A stretch of DNA of 63,889 nucleotides, the filler included, from Xylographa opegraphella (lineage: Eukaryota), in the NCBI GenBank assembly GCA_022813865.1. It is 4 parts of 4 records of this genome, joined end to end, with 100 filler letters (N's around TTAATTAATTAA, not from the genome) between each part and the next. Parts side by side here need not be neighbours in the genome. Positions count along the whole stretch, not along the records: positions 54,942 to 63,889 come from JALDZX010000185.1; 3 more parts are not named here. One strand, given 5' to 3'. The notes beneath the pieces were generated by a model. It saw nothing but the letters and a program-made list of their open reading frames with translations, was not told the DNA's origin and made no database searches. Below are positions 57,408-63,889 of the stretch, one piece after another (position 1 is the first letter of the stretch; each line of letters starts with the position of its first letter). Both the position numbers and the translations under genes were made by a program.

Positions 57408-60400
57408 CCTTTTAGGGCTTTGAAAGTTTCTTTTTCTAAAATTTTAACTTTATTTAATATTATTATTGAAGAAACTCCTGGTAATTTTTAAGGCTAGTAA
57501 GTGGTTTTTAAATATTATTTAACTCTGGGTATTTTTTTATTTGATTAAATAGTTCTGACTTTGCTTATTCAGGTTTTTTTTACTTCGAATTTTATTTTAC
57601 TTTTTTATTGTATCAAAAAGTTATTTGTAATAAAGTATTGACGTTCACTGATTTTAACAAAAAAATATAAAACACTAGGTATACTCTTGCATTTTTTGGC
57701 AAGTTAAAAAAGTAGCTAATTAATTCTTTAATTCATTTGATTTAAAATAATTCGATTTTAATATAATCGAGTTTTTTGCTTTAATCTTTGCTGATTATTA
57801 AATTTTTTGTAGAAAAGTAATCTTTATCCCCTTTTTTTTAGCTGAGGTTTATTCTTTTTATTTTTATATTTTGTAGCAGCAATTTTATCGTTATTTTATT
57901 AAATTTTTTTAATAACGCTTCGTGCGTATTTTTTAAATCCTTGATTAATATTATTACTTTATTAATATTAAATTCTAACCTTTTTTTTAAAAATAATTTC
58001 GAATGTCGTTTTGTATTTGCGAAAAAGGGCGATATTCCCGTTGTTGTAAATTGCTTATTATTTAGCGCCAATTATTTTAAAAACAATAATAATATTTAAT
58101 TATTCTGTTTGAAGTTAATAAAGTATCGTAAATACACTTTTAAACTTTGGTTTATTTTTTTCGTTTAACCATTTATTTGTGGGTAATAAGCGGTTAATAT
58201 TTTTAACTTAACTTTTAATTCGAATATTAAGGTTTTTTAAAAGTTTAACATAAATAGCTTATTTTTTATTAAATATTATTCCTGCTATAAACCCATAATC
58301 TTTTATTAATTTGTTTAATAAAAGAAAAGCTAGCTATTCTGTTATAAATGTTTTTCTAAAAGGTACGATAATAAAATATTTAATAAGTTTATTTATAAAT
58401 ATTATTATTAAATTATATTTTCATTCTGTAGTTGGATTTTCTGATTTTTGTAGTTTTATAATAAAGTTAATTGAGATTTATTCCTATGGTTTTTCTGGAA
58501 TATTCCAAAATTAAATGTTTTTATATACTGCATGTTTTGTTGATTTATTTTTTTAATATAATATGTATTTCTTGATATATTCCTTTATATACTTTTTTAT
58601 ATTTTAGAATTTATAGTTTTTTCTTATAGATCTTATTATTTTAATAATTCCTGAATGGCTATTCGTTAGTTTATTATAATAATATTTAATTATTTCTTCT
58701 GCTGACAATTCTGTTAAACCTTTTGCAATCGCTTTTATTTCGAAAGTTACGATTTATTTTGTAAAAATAAAAGCTCGATCGTTATTCTTTCGTAGTAATA
58801 TTTTGTTTATTGATTCTTTGTTTATAAGGTTTTTTTTCTGTTAAATACATTTACTCTTTCATCATTTTTTTAATATATATATAATTTTAAATTTGTACTG
58901 TTCGAAAAGTTTTATCAATTTTATTTGTTTTTTATTAAGTACTTTTGTTGTAATAAAATTTAATAAATTTTTATAATTTATATAAATAGTAAACTTTAAG
59001 CAACTTTTTGTATATATTTTTTAATTTTAAATAAATATTATTTTAGCGAGTAGTTCCTTGTCGTGAATATTATAGTTTTGTTCTACTTATAATATTTTTC
59101 TTAAATAATATGTAATCAAGTACTATTTCCCATTTTATATTTATAATAAATATATATTTATAGCTAAGTTTAATGCGTTTGTTTTTATTTTCGCAGATTT
59201 TTTTACCTAAAACATTATCAAGATTGGTGGTTTTATAATATTTTTTTAAAAATTAAAAGCTCGTTGTTGATTCGAATCCCATTTAAAATATATATTTATA
59301 TGTGTTCAATTCGTTAAAGGTATCGCCTTTTTCAAATAATTTTTAAATAAAATTTTTATTAAAGTTTGTAAATTCTAGAAATCTCAAGATCTTTTTTGTT
59401 ATTATTAATTAAGGTTATTCGAGTATAGCTCGTATTTTTTCTGAATTTATTTTATTTTCATTTTTATTAATTATGAATTTTAAAAAAGTTACTTCGTTTT
59501 TGCTAAATTTACATTTTTGGATTTAAAAAGCAATGCTGCTTTTTCTAAATATGTAAGTACTTTCTGCATATATTTTATATATTCCTTTGCTAATTTCGAG
59601 TAAATAAATATATCGTTTAAAAAAATTATTATCGTTAAATTTAAATATATTATTAATACGTTGCTGATTAACGCCTGACAAATAATTAATGTATCAATTA
59701 ATTTAAAAAATATAATTTAATATTCGTATTATTTATATTTATTTCGAAATGGAGTTTTTTATTCCTCGCCTTTTTTTATTTTAATTAGATTATATACGAT
59801 TTTAAGGTCAAGCTTGGTAAAAGTTTTTACTTTATTAAATTTATTTCGTATTTCGCTGATCTTTGGTAAAGGATATTAATTTTTAATAATAATATCGTTT
59901 AACTTTCCATAATTAATATAAGATTTTAAGCTTTCGTCTTTTTTTAATTTATATTACGGAATATTTTGCTAAGAATTTTAATTTACGTATAAATTCTTTT
60001 TTTAAACTTTTATCAATATATCTACGAAGCTTTTGAAGTTTTGATTCTAATATATTATATATAAATTTAACTATTGACTTCTTCCCTGATTCGAGATTGA
60101 TTTTATTGTTTTAAGGTTGATGCTTAAATAAAGCATTAAACTTTTTCTTTTTCTAAAAAAATCATGTTTATGTTTTATATTCTTTAGGGATATCAAAAAG
60201 TGCGTTATTTTTTTTTAAATTTTAATTTAATTCGCCTTGTTGAATTTTTGCTAATGCTTATCGAGCCGAATCCTCGAGTAAAATCGTTTTTATTTAAAAA
60301 TAAAAATTTTATAATCTCGATCGGTTTTCGATTTTTTTATTATCGTTCTTTATTAATATATAAAATATATGTTAACAACGCGGTTAATATACATTTTAGT

Positions 60401-61298
60401 AAATATTCTTTTTATTTTAGTTTAAAAATACGTTGTGCTTGATTTATTAAAATAAATTTAAAATAATATAACATCTGGTTATAATAATTATATTAAAAAC
60501 TATTTTTTATAATATTAATAAATAGTAACAAAAAGTGAATTTCTATATCTTTCGTTTTTCTTTCTTAATAATCCGTCGACTATTATTATTTAAATTTATT
60601 TTAAAGTTAAAAACTCGAAATCGCAGCTCTACGCGAAAGTACTAAATATATAATTTATATTAGCTTTAATATTTAATAATGCGATTATTCGATAATCGTT
60701 TATTTTAATCGAAATTTTTATAAAATTTATATAATTTAAAAACTTTTAATGTATTTTAGGGTATATTATATTAACTTTTATATATTTTTTTATAATATAT
60801 ATATATAAAATTTCTGTTCGAGATAGCCGTAAATTTCTTTAATTTTTATATATATTATATATTTTTTATGAAAATATTATTGCTATAATAAATTTTCGTA
60901 ATCGCTTTTTTTCGAACGAATTTCGTATATAATAAAATTGTGGCCAAATTCTTGTATATATTCTGGAAAGTACAAATATTTTCGTTTTTCTCGAAGCTGC
61001 CAAGGGTATTTATTCTTAAAGTATTTATCCTAGATTTAAATTCTACAATAGGCCTTTTTTATATAGTCATTATAATCATGATTTTTTAAATAAATTTTAC
61101 AGTACGTGCTTATACAAATACTACTGTATATTAAACTATAGTATAAATATTTTAAATTTATTTAATAATTTTATGTATTTTTTTTTTTAGTTTTTATCGG
61201 CGTTATTGACTCGTTAATTTTTTTATAAATTCAATTTTCGAAATTGTTTAACTCGATATTTTATTCCTTGAAATTCTTCTCAATTTACAAGCTATTAA

Positions 61299-61529
61299 TG
61301 TAACGGCGTGTTACATGGCACCTTAATAAGTGATAGACGGAACGGGACTAAAGCGCGTCCGGGACTCAGGCTAGTTCGAAAGCGGTTACGAGTCTTGGCG
61401 TTAGCACTGTTTATTTTAACTTCTACGTGTATTACTAAACTTGCTTCCTTATATTATTCTAGGTTGAAATCGCTCACCTATAGCTGTGGTTCTAGGCCTG
61501 CTTTTCTGGTGAGAAAGCGAGCTGTAACA
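61299..61529 (+). mobile_element. Solo LTR, family A, TSD ATTAA, nested in the Gypsy gag region
   Basis: TGTAACGGC...GCTGTAACA with ATTAA on both sides; no gap. Confidence 0.95.
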
Positions 61530-62391
61530 ATTAATGTTTAAGTCGCTTTTTTATTGTAATTGATTTTTACTCAAGGGCTATTCTTCTTGTATTAAATATT
61601 GGTTTTTTTTATTTTTTCGTAATTTTTGTTAATATTAACTTAATCGTTTAAAATTAAAATAAGTTCCGTATTCTTTTCCTTGTATGAAAATAGCTGATTA
61701 TTTTTAAATATCGATTTCATCGAATATTTTAGGTATATATTTATTTATGATTTAAATATTTTGTTCCTTGACTAATAGTTTTTAGCAATGTGATCAATTT
61801 TTTTATATATATAATAAATATTTTCTATTTTCTTACCCCGTAAGTGCTGTTTTTTAAATTCTTGCTTTTGCTTTTGAAATATTGATCCATAAGGGTTTGG
61901 CGTTTTATATAATTTTTCTTTTACTTTAAAGCCGTTTTTTAGTAATTAATTCTTATCGTGCCTTCAATTTCGTGTCTGCGTTTTATAGTTTTTTCATACA
62001 GTTTATCATTAATTTTTATATATATCTCGATCATTTTATCTATAATTTTAATTACGATGTTAATTTCTATTAATTTATTTTTTACCGAATCTTTCAATCC
62101 CCTGCGGTATATTACTATTAATGTATTGTCGTTCTATTTAATTTAAATCGTAAATTGTTAAAATCGAGTCGAGTATTTTGTATAAAATTCTTTTTGTTTG
62201 AAATGCTATATAATTCGTATTGCTATATTTTTTTCGTTCGATGGTTCGAAAATTCTTCTGATTTTCGTTTTGAATATCGCAAAGTTTTTTAACTATTTGG
62301 AGTTTTCGTCGTCAAAATCCTTGAATTGTTTTTTTAAATAAAAGGCGATTTATTTCTGAGCTTGTCCTCGCATGTATATAATGACGAAAAG

Positions 62392-62574
62392 TGTGACGGC
62401 TATGACATCAGTCACAGGTAATAGGGGTCGGGCTGGATCAGGACTAGCACCTTTAGTATATAGTCTCGCCCATGGAGCAGCCTCACCGCTTCTTCATCTT
62501 AATCTGGGTTGAAATCGTCCACCTAAAGCTTACGTTCTAGGCGTGCTTGCGTGGTGAGTTGATGAGCCGTAACA
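62392..62574 (+). mobile_element. Solo LTR, family B (183 bp), TSD AAAAG, nested in the Gypsy gag
   Basis: TGTGACGGC...GCCGTAACA with AAAAG on both sides; no gap. Confidence 0.95.
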
Positions 62575-63889
62575 AAAAGTAATCTTTTTAGTTTTAGGAC
62601 ACTGTTTCCCTAAAATTCGAAGAATATATTTATTTGTATAAGTCAGTTTTTTAGATAATTTTTATTTTCTTTATATTTATCGGGTTTTTTTACCTTGACG
62701 TGATTATTTTTTATAATATTTTTTTATTACTTTCTGCAACGCTTGGGGTTGGGTTTAATCGTACTCCTGATACACTTATTTTAAAGGTATTTAAAGTATT
62801 ACGATTTTACTTTTTATTAATATAATTTGATTAGGGATCTGGGTTGAACTCGTTAATAAATAAATAAACAAATATAGTAACAAGCTAATTATTTTTTAAA
62901 AGTAATAATTTTCGTACAGTAATTTTATTAAAGTTTACTATCCTAAGATTATAATATAAGTTGAACACGTCTTTTACAATAAAGGAAATTCTTTACTTTA
63001 TATAAAAGTCCTGTTTTAAAATGCCTCCCATGTCTCTCGAGGGAGGTCACTGAGGCAAAGAGGTGATGCCTCCTATCCCTCCTCAGGGAGGCAGAGGAGG
63101 AAATCGGAATAAAGGTTCCCCCGACCCTTGTTTCACACAACATTGGTCAGAACCTTATCAGCTCTGCGGGCCTTCTTTATTTATTTTTTTTATTTTTTTC
63201 GAACTTTTTAAATATAGTTAATATAGAATATATTCAGGGCTTCGCTCTGAATATCTCCTTATCTTTATTAGAATTAATTTTATACCTTTCAATTTCAATA
63301 AACGATAGTAAAATTAAGTAGTTTTATTTAAAAGGCGATTTTCGCGAAAATAAAATAGGTATATAATATAATAATTAAATTGATTATTATATACGAGACG
63401 ACGGTATAACACAAACGAAACGATATTTAAGAATTAATAAAAGTAAAAAAACGATTTAAAGTTTTATAAAATCAGGGACTACAAAATATAATAAAAAATT
63501 TCAAAAAATTAATATAAAAATACTATAAATAAAGGAATTAATATCTTCGATTAAATTATATTTTAATAAAATTTAAAATTATGCAATTTTACGTATACGA
63601 AATATAAATAAAACGCAGAAAATAAATAAAATTTATTATAAAGTTAAAGCAAAAATAGAAATTCGATCAAAATATATAATTTTAAGCAAAAAATAATAAT
63701 AAATTTTAGAAAAAATAATTAATAAAGATATTATACTGTTAAACGTGAAAAATATATATATAACGTTATTAAAAAAACTATAATAATCGTTTATTAAAAG
63801 CGAATGAAATAAAAAATAAAAAATAAAATATGTTGAAAGGTACGATGGGTACTGAAGCGCAGTGGTCATTCTAGCAGAATATATGGGTA

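Larger units (their letters stand above)
56292..63160 (-). mobile_element. Full-length RIP-degraded chromoviral Gypsy: 5' LTR 62797-63160, gag-pol-chromodomain, 3' LTR 56292-56728, TSD GCTTT/GCTCT
   Basis: The two LTRs align apart from transitions and one duplication. RT near 59750-59920 (YINYGKLNDIIIKN*YPLP, FTKLDL, KKGEE*KT.FR); RNase H YNIHDKELLA near 59045-59074; integrase TAYYPQING*TKKINQSL near 58140-58200; chromodomain YLIK*K....NNI*KP...L.N near 57480-57555; purine tract GGCGGAGAAAG before the 3' LTR. Confidence 0.9.

Noticed and set aside
61308..61541. 77-aa ORF repeated at 55586-55813
   Set aside because: Lies within LTR family A, has no ATG start, and the 2841 copy has an in-frame TGA.
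62506..62574. Possible hammerhead ribozyme in LTR B (GAAA ... TC ... TGATGA)
   Set aside because: The core is TTGATGA rather than CTGATGA, stems II and III do not form in register, and the homologous family A lacks the motif.

Overview
Filamentous ascomycete (Pezizomycotina) genomic DNA. The window is four pieces joined by artificial 100-bp N44-TTAATTAATTAA-N44 linkers at 19309, 37580 and 54842, so adjacency across those points is unproven. Two GC-balanced gene islands are present. The first (3.6-16.3 kb) holds a sterol-glucosyltransferase-like GT1 with a UIM tail, SWD1 and RPB1. The second (19.9-36.8 kb) holds the PP4 catalytic subunit, a LITAF protein, a secreted CE1-type esterase, the nitrate regulator NirA, tubulin cofactor D and a 755-aa secreted protein with a Kex2/Ste13-like tail. 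The rest is AT-rich, RIP-like mutated retrotransposon DNA (Gypsy, Copia, LINE) with short, GC-preserved solo LTRs, most with 5-bp target-site duplications (TSDs). Most notable: (1) a full-length chromoviral Gypsy relic (56292-63160) carries an antisense accessory ORF whose back-mutated sequence is a correctly spaced Zn2Cys6 cluster plus coiled coil; (2) two of three insertions of that LTR group sit at the apex of a GCCCGC-centred palindrome; (3) a possible new processed secreted peptide, CSDPSGCN; (4) NirA lacks the redox-switch methionine in its export signal; (5) two solo-LTR families share covarying hairpins. All gene models and back-mutations were read by eye; no searches were run.
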